64,000 bases of DNA from Ktedonobacteraceae bacterium (GCA_035650355.1 DASRHT010000056.1:23624-87623), one strand, 5' to 3'; positions 54,263 through 63,129 are shown, numbered from the stretch's first letter. Notes: a model not told the origin generated them from the letters alone. Numbers and translations are program-made.

Positions 54263-55192
54263 ATGCGTTTAGCTATTCTAACATCCCGCATTCGTGTGGA
54301 AGAGAAGTTGTTGATCGAGGCCATGCGGAGGCGCGCTATCGATTTTGATGTGATCGATGATGAAGAACTGCTCTTTGATCTCGCCCGGCCTGATGAGCGC
54401 TGGCGAGCGTACGATGCTGTGCTTTGTCGCAGCGTGAGCCAGTCGCGCGGGCTGGCGGCGCTGCACATCCTGGAGCACATGGGCATTATCGTCTTTAATT
54501 CGGCGGCGGTGACTGCACGCTGTAATGACAAGTTGCTCACGACGCTGGCACTCATGCGCGCGGGCGTTCCCACTCCTCGCACGATGCTGGCATTCGATGC
54601 GCAGCGAGCCGTGCAGGGAATTGAAGAGCTGGGCTATCCGGTTGTGCTCAAGCCCGTGACAGGTTCCTGGGGGCGGCTGCTGGCGCGCATTAATGATCGC
54701 GATGCGGCTGAAGCGGTGCTTGAGCATCAGGAGACGCTTGGCTCGTACCAGCACCACATTCACTATATTCAGCAGTATATCGCCAAGCAATTCGTTGCAG
54801 ACGACCTGAGCGAAGCTAGCTGCGAGAGCGGCGTTGGTCGTCTGAATAGCAAGCTACAACGCGATATTCGCGCCTTCGTCGTGGGTGATCGTACGATCTG
54901 CGCCATCTATCGCACCAGCGAACATTGGGTTACCAATACCGCACGCGGCGCGGTTGCCAGCAATTGCCCCATCTCTGCCGAACTGGATCGCCTCTGCACG
55001 CAGGCGGCGCAGGCGGTGGGCGGCGGTATCCTGGCAATCGATGTACTGGAGGACCCGGAGCGGGGCCTGCTGGTCAACGAGATCAATGCGACGATGGAGT
55101 TTCGCAATAGCATCGCGCCAACGGGCGTCGATATCCCTGATGCGATGCTGGATTATGTGCTGAGCCATGTGCGGGAAGGAGTGGCGCTATGA
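54263..55192 (+). CDS. lysX: RimK-type ATP-grasp ligase LysX (alpha-aminoadipate--LysW ligase) with 23-codon repeat insertion
   Basis: MRLAILTSRIRVEEKLLIEA..., GYPVVLKPVTGSWGR, and RDIRAFVVGDRTICAIYR. The extra segment FVADDLSEASCESGVGRLNSKLQ is encoded by 54791-54859. Confidence 0.88.
   Translation: MRLAILTSRIRVEEKLLIEAMRRRAIDFDVIDDEELLFDLARPDERWRAYDAVLCRSVSQSRGLAALHILEHMGIIVFNSAAVTARCNDKLLTTLALMRAGVPTPRTMLAFDAQRAVQGIEELGYPVVLKPVTGSWGRLLARINDRDAAEAVLEHQETLGSYQHHIHYIQQYIAKQFVADDLSEASCESGVGRLNSKLQRDIRAFVVGDRTICAIYRTSEHWVTNTARGAVASNCPISAELDRLCTQAAQAVGGGILAIDVLEDPERGLLVNEINATMEFRNSIAPTGVDIPDAMLDYVLSHVREGVAL
54797..54844. repeat. GCGAAGC-core palindromic element, copy C (inside lysX)
   Basis: GCAGACGAC-CTGAGCGAAGCTAGCTGCGAGAGCGGCGTT-GGTCGTCTG with a perfect 9-bp stem, followed by AATAGCAAGC as in copy A. 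Confidence 0.9.
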
Positions 55193-56250
55193 GTCAATTG
55201 CGCGTCGCTATTGTCGGCGGATCGGGCTATACAGGCGGCGAGCTGATCCGCCTGCTGCTCTTCCATCCTCAGGTTGAACTGGCGCAGGTGGCATCAAGCA
55301 GCCATGCGGGGCAGTACGTCCATAGCGTCCATCCCAACCTGCGCACGCTCTGCACGCTCAGATTTTGTCATCCAGACGACCTGACGTCATGTGATACGTT
55401 GTTTCTATGTTTGCCGCATGGCGTATCCAGCCAGGATATTGAGCGTTACCGCGGCATTGCCACACGCGTGATCGATCTTTCGGCTGACTTCCGCTTGCGT
55501 TCCGCCGCGCTCTATCAACGCTGGTACGGTGCGCCCCACAACAGGCCGGACCTACTGGCAGAGGCGGTCTATGGCCTGCCCGAACTGCATCGTGAGGAAC
55601 TGCCGGACGCGACGTTTGTCAGTGGCACTGGCTGCATGGCGACCGCCGCTATTCTGGGGCTGGCTCCCCTCTATCGCAGCGGCATCGTCAACATCGCCAT
55701 CCCGCTCGTCGTAGAAGCCAAAGTCGGCTCTTCGGCTGCTGGAGCAACGCCGGGGGCTGGCAGCCATCATCCCGATAGAAGCGGGGCCGTGCGCTCATTT
55801 CAGCCAACCGGCCATCGTCACAGCGCCGAACTGATTCAGGAGCTTGGCACTATCTCCGGTGGCGAGCTTCAGCAGCCCGTCGCCTTCTCCGCCACGGCCA
55901 TTGAACTGGTGCGCGGCGTGCTGATCACGGCTCATGTCTTTGTGCGCGAAAGCCTGGATGAACGCATGCTCTGGCGCATCTATCGCGCAGCCTATCAGCG
56001 CGAACCGTTTATCCGCCTGGTCAAAGAGCGCAGTGGCATCTATCGCTATCCTGAGCCAAAGATCCTGGCGGGCAGCAATTTCTGCGATATCGGCTTTGAA
56101 TACGACGGCGAGCAGCGACGCGTGGTGGTGATGGCGGCTCTGGATAACCTGATGAAGGGCGCGGCAGGCAACGGCGTGCAGGCACTCAATAGCATGTATG
56201 GCTGGGATGAGACGCTTGGATTGAGCTTCCCTGGCCTGCATCCCATCTAA
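55189..56250 (+). CDS. lysY: [LysW]-aminoadipate-6-phosphate reductase (ArgC-like) LysY
   Basis: 353 aa. VAIVGGSGYTGGELIRLL and an ArgC-family catalytic Cys region. ATGA overlap with lysX. Confidence 0.85.
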   Translation: MSQLRVAIVGGSGYTGGELIRLLLFHPQVELAQVASSSHAGQYVHSVHPNLRTLCTLRFCHPDDLTSCDTLFLCLPHGVSSQDIERYRGIATRVIDLSADFRLRSAALYQRWYGAPHNRPDLLAEAVYGLPELHREELPDATFVSGTGCMATAAILGLAPLYRSGIVNIAIPLVVEAKVGSSAAGATPGAGSHHPDRSGAVRSFQPTGHRHSAELIQELGTISGGELQQPVAFSATAIELVRGVLITAHVFVRESLDERMLWRIYRAAYQREPFIRLVKERSGIYRYPEPKILAGSNFCDIGFEYDGEQRRVVVMAALDNLMKGAAGNGVQALNSMYGWDETLGLSFPGLHPI

Positions 56251-56262
56251 AAGGAGCAGACG

Positions 56263-57060
56263 ATGACGCTTGTTGTAAAGATTGGCGGCGGAGCTGGCAT
56301 CGCCACATCGAACATTGTACGCGAGATTGCCCGCTATAGAGCGCAAGGGCAACAGATCGTGTTGCTGCATGGCGGCTCCGACCTCACCAATACGCTCTCT
56401 GAGCAGATGGGGCATGCCGTGCGCACGATTACTTCGCCGACGGGTATGACCAGTCGCTACACCGATAGCGAGACCTTGCGCATCTTCGCGATGGCGACGG
56501 CGGGGCAGATCAACACCGAACTGGTGGCGCTTTTGCAGCAGCAGGGGGTCAACGCACTTGGCCTCGCTGGTGTGGATGGGCGCTTGCTGGTGGGACGACG
56601 CAAGGCCATTGTGCGCTCGGTAACGCCGGATGGTCGCACGCAGATCTTGCGCGATGACTATACCGGCCAGGTTGAGCAGGTCAATGGCGAACTTTTAAGG
56701 CAATTGCTCGATATGGGCTATACTCCCGTGATTGCCCCACTGGCCTTGAGCTACGAGGGCGAGCGCCTCAACGTCGATGGGGACCGCGCCGCCGCTGCCG
56801 TCGCCTCAGCCTTGCAAGCCGACGCGCTGGTAATTATGACCAACGTGCCAGGTCTGCTCGCCGATCCACACAATCCCGCCACGCTCATTCGCACCATTCC
56901 AGCACAGCAGCTTGCTGAATACATGGATTACGCCCGGGGCCGCATGCGCAAGAAATTGCTAGGAGCGCAAGAAGCCCTGCGTGGAGGCGTCCCGCACGTC
57001 TATATCGGCTGTGACTCGCTGGCGGCGGTTCTTAGTGGGGAAGGAACGGTGATTGCGTAA
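56263..57060 (+). CDS. lysZ: [LysW]-aminoadipate kinase (ArgB-like) LysZ
   Basis: 265 aa. VVKIGGGAG, VLLHGGS and the amino-acid-kinase fold pattern. Confidence 0.85.
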   Translation: MTLVVKIGGGAGIATSNIVREIARYRAQGQQIVLLHGGSDLTNTLSEQMGHAVRTITSPTGMTSRYTDSETLRIFAMATAGQINTELVALLQQQGVNALGLAGVDGRLLVGRRKAIVRSVTPDGRTQILRDDYTGQVEQVNGELLRQLLDMGYTPVIAPLALSYEGERLNVDGDRAAAAVASALQADALVIMTNVPGLLADPHNPATLIRTIPAQQLAEYMDYARGRMRKKLLGAQEALRGGVPHVYIGCDSLAAVLSGEGTVIA

Positions 57061-57064
57061 GATT

Positions 57065-57552
57065 TCGTAGGGTCCCGCTTTAGCGCGACCGGCGCGATTT
57101 ATCGCGTTCCCCACGAGAAAACACGGTTTCACCATCGAACTGATGATGCTCAGCACCGCATTTGCATTTGTCGTACAGGATGATTTTGAAGAGAAAGCGA
57201 CACGGGTGATTTTGGGAAAGCGAGCTGATTGTGGACAGAGTGGCTTGCACCGTCCTGCTTGTACGGATGAGGCCAGATGGAAAGCGAGCTGATTGTGGAC
57301 AAAATGGCTTGCACCGTCCTGCTTGTAGGCATGAGGCCAGATGGAAAGCGAGCTGATTGTGGACAAAATGGCTTGCAACAGGGATATTTTCGTGGGGACG
57401 AGCTGATTGCGAATGGAGCGGATCATAGCATGATGATTTTAATTTGGGATAACCATATTGGTAACGGTTGGGCATTGAGGGCGAGATTTGAGGGTTGCGA
57501 AGGGTGGGTAGGCGATAAATCGCGCCGGTCGCGCTAAAGCGGGACCCTACGA
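57065..57552. mobile_element. MITE-like non-autonomous element with 41-bp perfect terminal inverted repeats
   Basis: 57065-57105 (TCGTAGGGTCCCGCTTTAGCGCGACCGGCGCGATTTATCGC) is the exact reverse complement of 57512-57552. No credible ORF inside. Sits between lysZ and lysJ. Confidence 0.65.
57216..57420. repeat. 63-bp tandem repeat, about 3 copies, inside the MITE-like element
   Basis: GGAAAGCGAGCTGATTGTGGACA(A/G)A(A/G)TGGCTTGCACCGTCCTGCTTGTA..GATGAGGCCAGAT recurs at 57216, 57279 and 57342. Confidence 0.9.
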
Positions 57553-57594
57553 GGGTTACGACGAAGGTTGCGTTGATATAGAAAGGAAAGACAC

Positions 57595-60180
57595 ATGACT
57601 AACATCATAGATCTGGAGAATACCTACACCAGCGGGGTGTACAGCAAGCGCCCGGTGGCGATTGTGCGCGGGGCGAAGGCGACGCTATGGGATGATGAGG
57701 GGCGAGCGTATATTGATTGCGCGGCGGGGCATGGCGTGGCTAATATCGGGCATGGACGTTCTGAGATAGCGGCTGCGTTGTCGGCTCAAGCGCTGCGGCT
57801 GGTGACGTGCCCCGAAATTCTCTATAACGATACGCGTGCTCACTTGCTGGAACGGCTCGTCCGTCTGACGCCGGAGGGACTTGATCGGGTGTTTCTGTGC
57901 AATAGCGGGACGGAGGCGATTGAGGGGGCGCTCAAGCTCGCTCGTCTGGTGACGGGACGGACGGGGATTGTGGCGACGTTGCGCGGCTTTCATGGACGCA
58001 GCATGGGCGCGCTTTCAGCAACGTGGGAGCCGCATTATCGCGAGCCATTCGCGCCGCTGGTGCCAGGGGTGACGCATATTCGTTACAACAATCTGGCTGC
58101 GGCTGAAAATGCCATCACTGAAGAGACGGCTGCCGTACTGATCGAGCTGGTGCAGGGCGAGGGCGGTGTGCATATCGCGACGGATGACTATATTCATGGG
58201 CTGGCGAGGCTGTGTCGCGAGCGGGGCGCGCTGCTGATTGTCGATGAGGTGCAGACTGGCTTTGGGCGCACCGGTCGCCTCTTCGCCTGCAACCATTATG
58301 ATCTATCGCCTGACATCCTCTGCCTCGCCAAATCGCTGGCCGGCGGCGTACCGATGGGGGCGATCTGCCTGGGGCCGCGCGTGACCGAGAGCGGGCGCAT
58401 CAGCAAAGGCGTGCATGGCAGCACCTTTGGCGGCAATCCGCTGGCCTGCGCTGCTGCACTGGCAACGCTCGACATTATCGAGAGAGAGGCGTTGCCGCAG
58501 AGGAGCGCCGAACTGGGTGCGTATGCTCTGGAGCGGTTGCGCGCATTGCAATCGCCGCTCATTCGCGAGGTGCGTGGTTGCGGTCTGATGATCGGCATCG
58601 AACTAACGCGGCGCGTCCAACCTTATCTTGAGACATTATGTGAACGCGGCATTCTCGCGCTGCCTGCCGGTCCCAACGTCCTGCGCCTCCTGCCCCCGTT
58701 AGTGATCGAACGGGAACAGCTAGATCATGTGCTGGACGTTGTGGCGGAACTATTGCAGGAGGGGGCGCGTGTAGGGGCAGGGCTTGCCCCTGCCCAGCCC
58801 CCTGACGTTGTGGAGGAACTATTGCAGGGGGCTGCGCGTGTAGGGGCAGGGCTTGCCCCTGCCCAGCCCGTTTCCCCTATCCCAGATGCGCCCGCCCAGG
58901 GTACATGCCTGCTACCCAGCAGGGCGGGGGCAAGCCCCGCCCCTACAGAAAACAGGGAGATCGCGTTACTGCATGGGATGCTGACCATTCCGAGCTATTC
59001 CGGTCAGGAGGGGGCGCTGGCGCATTATCTGGTTGAGCAGGCGCAGCAGATGGGGTTGCATGCATATGTGGATGAGGCTGGTAATTTTGTTGCCAGCACG
59101 ACGGAAAGCCATGCAAGTGAGCAACCGTTGGTTCTGCTGGGGCATATGGATACCGTGCGGGGCCATGTTCCGATCAGGTTCGAGGATGGCAAGCTGTATG
59201 GGCGCGGCGCGGTCGATGCTAAGGGGCCGTTGGCAGCGTTTATCTGTGCGGCGGCTCGCATCGCTCATTCGGGGGCAACGCAACGGCCCGTGATTGTGAT
59301 CGGTGCGGTCGAGGAGGAGGCGGCGACGTCGCGGGGCGCGCGTGCGGTGGTGGCGCGGTATCAGCCGGTGGGCTGCGTGATTGGCGAGCCGAGTGGGAGC
59401 CAGGCTGTGACGATTGGCTACAAGGGCCGCTTGCTGGTCGAATGCCATGTGACGCGTCCGCTGGCCCACACTGCCGGTCCGCTGCCATTCAGTTGCGAGG
59501 TGGCGACGACCTTCTGGGAGCGTGTGCGTACACACGCCGACGCATGGAACCGGCGTCATGCCAGTGGTGCGGACAGTAGAGGCTTTATGGCTCTTACGCC
59601 TTCTTTACGCAACATCAATAGCGTGCAGGATGGGCTTGAAGAGCAGACGCGGCTATTGATCGGCTATCGGTTGCCGCCAAATTGCGATATAGTAGAGATA
59701 CGCACGCAGCTAAGCGATTGGGCCGATGAGCTTGACCTGCGCCTGATGTTTTCGGGGGAAGAGGCCGCGTTCCAGACGACGCGCACAACGCCACTGGCGC
59801 GGGCCTTCATCGGCGCTATTCGAGCGAGCGGCGGGCAGCCAGGCTTCAAGTATAAAACGGGTACGTCGGATATGAATGTCGTGGGTCCGGTATGGTTCCA
59901 ACATGCGCAATTTCAGTATCCTCAAACGGATCGTGCTTTGGCACCGGCTCTCACCGCTCCTGAGGGAGAGTATACTCATGAAACCTTGAGGAGTCAAGCG
60001 GAGATGCGTAGGGGACCGAACATCATTGCATATGGGCCAGGAGACTCGCGCCTGGATCACACTCCTCAGGAGCATATCGAGCTTAGCGAGTATCTCCAGG
60101 CTATCGATGTGCTTGAACATGTACTGATGGGCGTTGCAGCGCAGAGGGAGATAGGTCATGAGATCGCCAGCTATTCTTGA
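57595..60180 (+). CDS. lysJ-lysK: fusion of LysJ ([LysW]-aminoadipate semialdehyde aminotransferase, class III) and LysK ([LysW]-lysine hydrolase, M20/ArgE-like)
   Basis: 861-aa single ORF. N-terminal ~395 aa carry DEVQTGFGRTG and LAKSLAGGVPMGA. The linker LQEGARVGAGLAPAQPPDVVEELLQGAARVGAGLAPAQP...RAGASPAPT is encoded by REPs. The C-terminal part carries LLGHMDTV, GRGAVDAKGP and YGPGDSRLDHTPQEHIEL. Confidence 0.8.
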   Translation: MTNIIDLENTYTSGVYSKRPVAIVRGAKATLWDDEGRAYIDCAAGHGVANIGHGRSEIAAALSAQALRLVTCPEILYNDTRAHLLERLVRLTPEGLDRVFLCNSGTEAIEGALKLARLVTGRTGIVATLRGFHGRSMGALSATWEPHYREPFAPLVPGVTHIRYNNLAAAENAITEETAAVLIELVQGEGGVHIATDDYIHGLARLCRERGALLIVDEVQTGFGRTGRLFACNHYDLSPDILCLAKSLAGGVPMGAICLGPRVTESGRISKGVHGSTFGGNPLACAAALATLDIIEREALPQRSAELGAYALERLRALQSPLIREVRGCGLMIGIELTRRVQPYLETLCERGILALPAGPNVLRLLPPLVIEREQLDHVLDVVAELLQEGARVGAGLAPAQPPDVVEELLQGAARVGAGLAPAQPVSPIPDAPAQGTCLLPSRAGASPAPTENREIALLHGMLTIPSYSGQEGALAHYLVEQAQQMGLHAYVDEAGNFVASTTESHASEQPLVLLGHMDTVRGHVPIRFEDGKLYGRGAVDAKGPLAAFICAAARIAHSGATQRPVIVIGAVEEEAATSRGARAVVARYQPVGCVIGEPSGSQAVTIGYKGRLLVECHVTRPLAHTAGPLPFSCEVATTFWERVRTHADAWNRRHASGADSRGFMALTPSLRNINSVQDGLEEQTRLLIGYRLPPNCDIVEIRTQLSDWADELDLRLMFSGEEAAFQTTRTTPLARAFIGAIRASGGQPGFKYKTGTSDMNVVGPVWFQHAQFQYPQTDRALAPALTAPEGEYTHETLRSQAEMRRGPNIIAYGPGDSRLDHTPQEHIELSEYLQAIDVLEHVLMGVAAQREIGHEIASYS
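58735..58872. repeat. 69-bp in-frame tandem duplication (x2), each copy carrying a REP family 1 palindrome
   Basis: GACGTTGTGG(C/A)GGAACTATTGCAGG...GTAGGGGCAGGGCTTGCCCCTGCCCAGCCC at 58735 and 58804. REP cores at 58771-58795 and 58840-58864. Confidence 0.9.
58921..58946. repeat. REP family 1 copy (opposite orientation) in the lysJ-lysK linker
   Basis: AGGGCGGGGGCAAGCCCCGCCCCTAC. Confidence 0.85.
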
Positions 60181-61300
60181 TTCGACATTGCGCGAGGGGG
60201 AGCAGTTCGTGGGCGCTTACTTCACCCTTGAGCAACGCCTGAGCATCGTGCGGCTGCTGGACGCTATCGGCGTGGAGTTGATTGAGGTGCCTTCGCCGAT
60301 TGCTTCGCCGGAGACGCAGGGTGCCGTACAGGCCATTTGCAAAGCTGGTTTGCGCGCTCGCATCGTCGCGCACGTTCGCTGCATGGAGGCTGACGTGCAG
60401 GCTGCCCTGGCGACGCCCGTGTATGGGCTGAATCTCTTCTATGGCACCTCAAGCGAGCTGCGCAGCTATAGTCATGGCCGCGACATCGATCAGGTCATCG
60501 TCGCTGCGGTTCCGCTGATCTGCTCTATTCGCGCCGCCGGTCGGTACGTGCGTTTCTCGGCAGAGGATGCCTTTCGCAGCGATCTGGTAGACCTGCTAAC
60601 GGTCTTTGACGCGGTGGTGGAGGCAGGCGTGCAGCGGATCGGGCTGCCGGATACTGTCGGCATCGCGACTCCTCGTCAGGTGGAGCACCTCGTGCGCCTC
60701 TGCGCTGAACGCTATCCCAACGTCGGCATTGAGTTTCATGGGCATAACGATACCGGTTGTGCGATTGCTAACACCGTCGCGGCGCTGGAGAGTGGCGCGG
60801 ATTGCCTTGACGTGACCGTGCTAGGCATTGGTGAGCGCAACGGCATCGCCTCGCTTAGCGGCCTGGTGGCGCAACTCTATTCGCACCATCCCGAACTACT
60901 GGCAGCGTACGACCTGACCCGTCTCGTCGAGCTTGATCAGTACGTGGCGCGGTGCCTCAATCTGACCATTCCCTTTAATATCCCGATCACCGCTCCAGGC
61001 GCTTTTACGCATAGAGCAGGTGTGCATACCAGAGCCATCCTGCAAAATCCGCGCGCGTACGAGGCGCTCGATCCGGGCGATTTTGGCCTGGAGCGGCAGA
61101 TCGATATCGGCTCTCGTTTCACCGGACGCCACGCCGTCGCCCATCGCGCGGCCATCCTGGGGTTCAGATTGAGCAACGAGGAAATCGCCAATCTCACCAG
61201 CGCGCTCAAGGCCAGAGCCGAGCGGGGCGCGCTCAACCTGGAAGAGGTCGATGCTTTTATGCGAGAGTGGCATGCATCCATTCATGCCGTAATTCCGTAG
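60158..61300 (+). CDS. hcs: homocitrate synthase (LeuA/HCS family, no LeuA regulatory domain)
   Basis: 380 aa. ILDSTLREGEQ, HGHNDTGCAIAN, and context with lysW-Z. Overlaps the lysJ-lysK end by 23 nt. Confidence 0.8.
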   Translation: MRSPAILDSTLREGEQFVGAYFTLEQRLSIVRLLDAIGVELIEVPSPIASPETQGAVQAICKAGLRARIVAHVRCMEADVQAALATPVYGLNLFYGTSSELRSYSHGRDIDQVIVAAVPLICSIRAAGRYVRFSAEDAFRSDLVDLLTVFDAVVEAGVQRIGLPDTVGIATPRQVEHLVRLCAERYPNVGIEFHGHNDTGCAIANTVAALESGADCLDVTVLGIGERNGIASLSGLVAQLYSHHPELLAAYDLTRLVELDQYVARCLNLTIPFNIPITAPGAFTHRAGVHTRAILQNPRAYEALDPGDFGLERQIDIGSRFTGRHAVAHRAAILGFRLSNEEIANLTSALKARAERGALNLEEVDAFMREWHASIHAVIP

Positions 61301-61342
61301 GGACCCGATTTATCGCGTCCGGCGCGATTTATCGCGTTCCCC
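61295..61342. repeat. REP family 2 copy containing the hcs stop codon
   Basis: CCGTAGGGACCCGATTTATCGCGTCCGGCGCGATTTATCGCGTTCCCC. TAG at 61298-61300 is the stop. Confidence 0.9.
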
Positions 61343-61365
61343 AACATTAAAAGAAGGAGCCAATC

Positions 61366-62616
61366 ATGGGAACGCTAACGGAAGAGATTTTTAGTTACAA
61401 GCTGGGTCGCGCGGTTCACGAGGGGGAGACGGTGGTGGTGGATGTCGATCATGTGATGAGCCATGATACTTCGACGCCACTGGCAATCAAGGCTTTTCGC
61501 GAACTGACGCGGCACACTAACGGGCGCGTCTTCGCTGCCGACCGCTCGCATATCGTGTTCGATCATATTATTCCCGCCGCTACCATCGCCGCTGCGACCC
61601 TGCATCGCGATATTCGCGGTTTTGCGAGCGAGCAGGGGATAGCGGTCTTGCAAGAGGGCATCTGTCACCAGGTCATGCCGGAGCGCGGCTTTGTGATCCC
61701 CGGCTCGATCATCGTTGGCGGCGACAGTCATACCTGCACCTATGGCGCGCTGGGAGCCTTCGCCACCGGCATGGGTTCGACCGATATAGCCGTGGCCTAT
61801 GCCACCGGACGCACCTGGTTTCGCGTCCCCTCCACGATCAATGTGCATCTCACCGGGACGCTGCCCTTCGGCGTCTATGCCAAAGATATGACCCTGGAGA
61901 TCGTGCGCCAGGTCGGCGTGGACGGAGCTAATTATCGCGCCATCGAGTACACGGGGGAAGTTGTTGAGCGCATGTCCGTGAGCGAACGCTTCACCTTCTG
62001 CAATATGGCGATTGAGATGGGCGGAAAGGCTGGCCTGATTGCGCCCGATGCGATTACGCAGGAATGGCTCAAGGGGCGAACTGAGCGCGAATATCCCATG
62101 CTGGCCGCGCATAACCCGCAATACGAGCGCGTCATAGAGATCGATGTGTCGAAGCTGCCGCCGCTCATCGCCTGTCCGCCTGATGTCAATAATGTCGCGG
62201 CGGTAACAGAGGTCGAAGATGTCAAAATCGATCAGGTCTTTCTTGGCACCTGCACCAATGGGCGGCTTGATGATCTGGCTATCGCTGCCAAGCTGCTGCA
62301 AGGGCGGACGATTCATCCGAGCTTGCGCATGGTGGTGATTCCGGCTTCGCGCGAGGTGTATCTGGAGGCGATGAGGCTTGGCTACCTGGAAACATTCGTC
62401 CAGGCGGGTGCGTCCGTGGGGACGCCTGGCTGCGGTCCCTGCATTGGTCGGCATATGGGCGTGCTGGCCCCAGGAGAGCGCGCGCTCACGACGATGAACC
62501 GCAACTTCACCGGACGCATGGGCGACCCGACGGCTGAAATCTATCTCGGTAGCCCCGCCACAGTTGCCGCGACCGCGCTGACCGGTCATATCACCGACCC
62601 GCGCACGTTTCTTTAG
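61366..62616 (+). CDS. hacA: homoaconitase / 3-isopropylmalate dehydratase large subunit
   Basis: 416 aa. VGGDSHTCTYGALGAF, and GTCTNGR plus GCGPCIG Fe-S ligand motifs. Confidence 0.88.
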   Translation: MGTLTEEIFSYKLGRAVHEGETVVVDVDHVMSHDTSTPLAIKAFRELTRHTNGRVFAADRSHIVFDHIIPAATIAAATLHRDIRGFASEQGIAVLQEGICHQVMPERGFVIPGSIIVGGDSHTCTYGALGAFATGMGSTDIAVAYATGRTWFRVPSTINVHLTGTLPFGVYAKDMTLEIVRQVGVDGANYRAIEYTGEVVERMSVSERFTFCNMAIEMGGKAGLIAPDAITQEWLKGRTEREYPMLAAHNPQYERVIEIDVSKLPPLIACPPDVNNVAAVTEVEDVKIDQVFLGTCTNGRLDDLAIAAKLLQGRTIHPSLRMVVIPASREVYLEAMRLGYLETFVQAGASVGTPGCGPCIGRHMGVLAPGERALTTMNRNFTGRMGDPTAEIYLGSPATVAATALTGHITDPRTFL

Positions 62617-62637
62617 AAGGGAAGGGAGAATACTACC

Positions 62638-63129
62638 ATGAGCCGTATCTGGATGCTTGGCGATAATGTCAATACCGATGTGATCATTCCTGGGCGCTAT
62701 AATATCACGACCGACCGGACGGAACTGGCGCGTCATTGTCTCTGCGAAGTCCTGCCACAGTTCCCGCAGCAGGTGCAGGCGGGCGATGTGATTATGGCGG
62801 GGCATAATTTCGGCTGCGGGTCGTCGCGCGAGCATGCTCCGATTGCGATTGCGGGCTGTGGCGTACAGGTAGTCATCGCACGCAGCTTTGCCCGCATTTT
62901 CTATCGCAACGCCGTCAATATCGGCCTGCCCGTGCTGATCTGCGAGGATGCTGTGCTGGCAAGCTCGGATGGCGACGAGATCAGCGTCGATCTGGAGACG
63001 GGCGTCATTCGCAACCTGACAACGGAGCGCAGCTTCCAGGCAGAGCCGCTCAATCCCTTTGTGGCGCGCATTGTGGCTGCGGGCGGGATTATCAATTATG
63101 TCATTGCACAGGGAGGAACGTTGCAATGA
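62638..63129 (+). CDS. hacB: homoaconitase / 3-isopropylmalate dehydratase small subunit
   Basis: 163 aa. LGDNVNTDVIIPGRY and NFGCGSSREHAP. Confidence 0.88.
   Translation: MSRIWMLGDNVNTDVIIPGRYNITTDRTELARHCLCEVLPQFPQQVQAGDVIMAGHNFGCGSSREHAPIAIAGCGVQVVIARSFARIFYRNAVNIGLPVLICEDAVLASSDGDEISVDLETGVIRNLTTERSFQAEPLNPFVARIVAAGGIINYVIAQGGTLQ

Noticed and set aside
55795-56415. 206-aa minus-strand ORF
   Set aside because: Antisense to lysY/lysZ, which have clear family motifs and operon context.
56959-57537. ORFs of 155, 131, 60 and 86 aa within the lysZ-lysJ spacer
   Set aside because: They are translations of the 63-bp tandem repeat and the TIRs of the MITE-like element, with internally repetitive peptide sequence, no RBS and no motifs.
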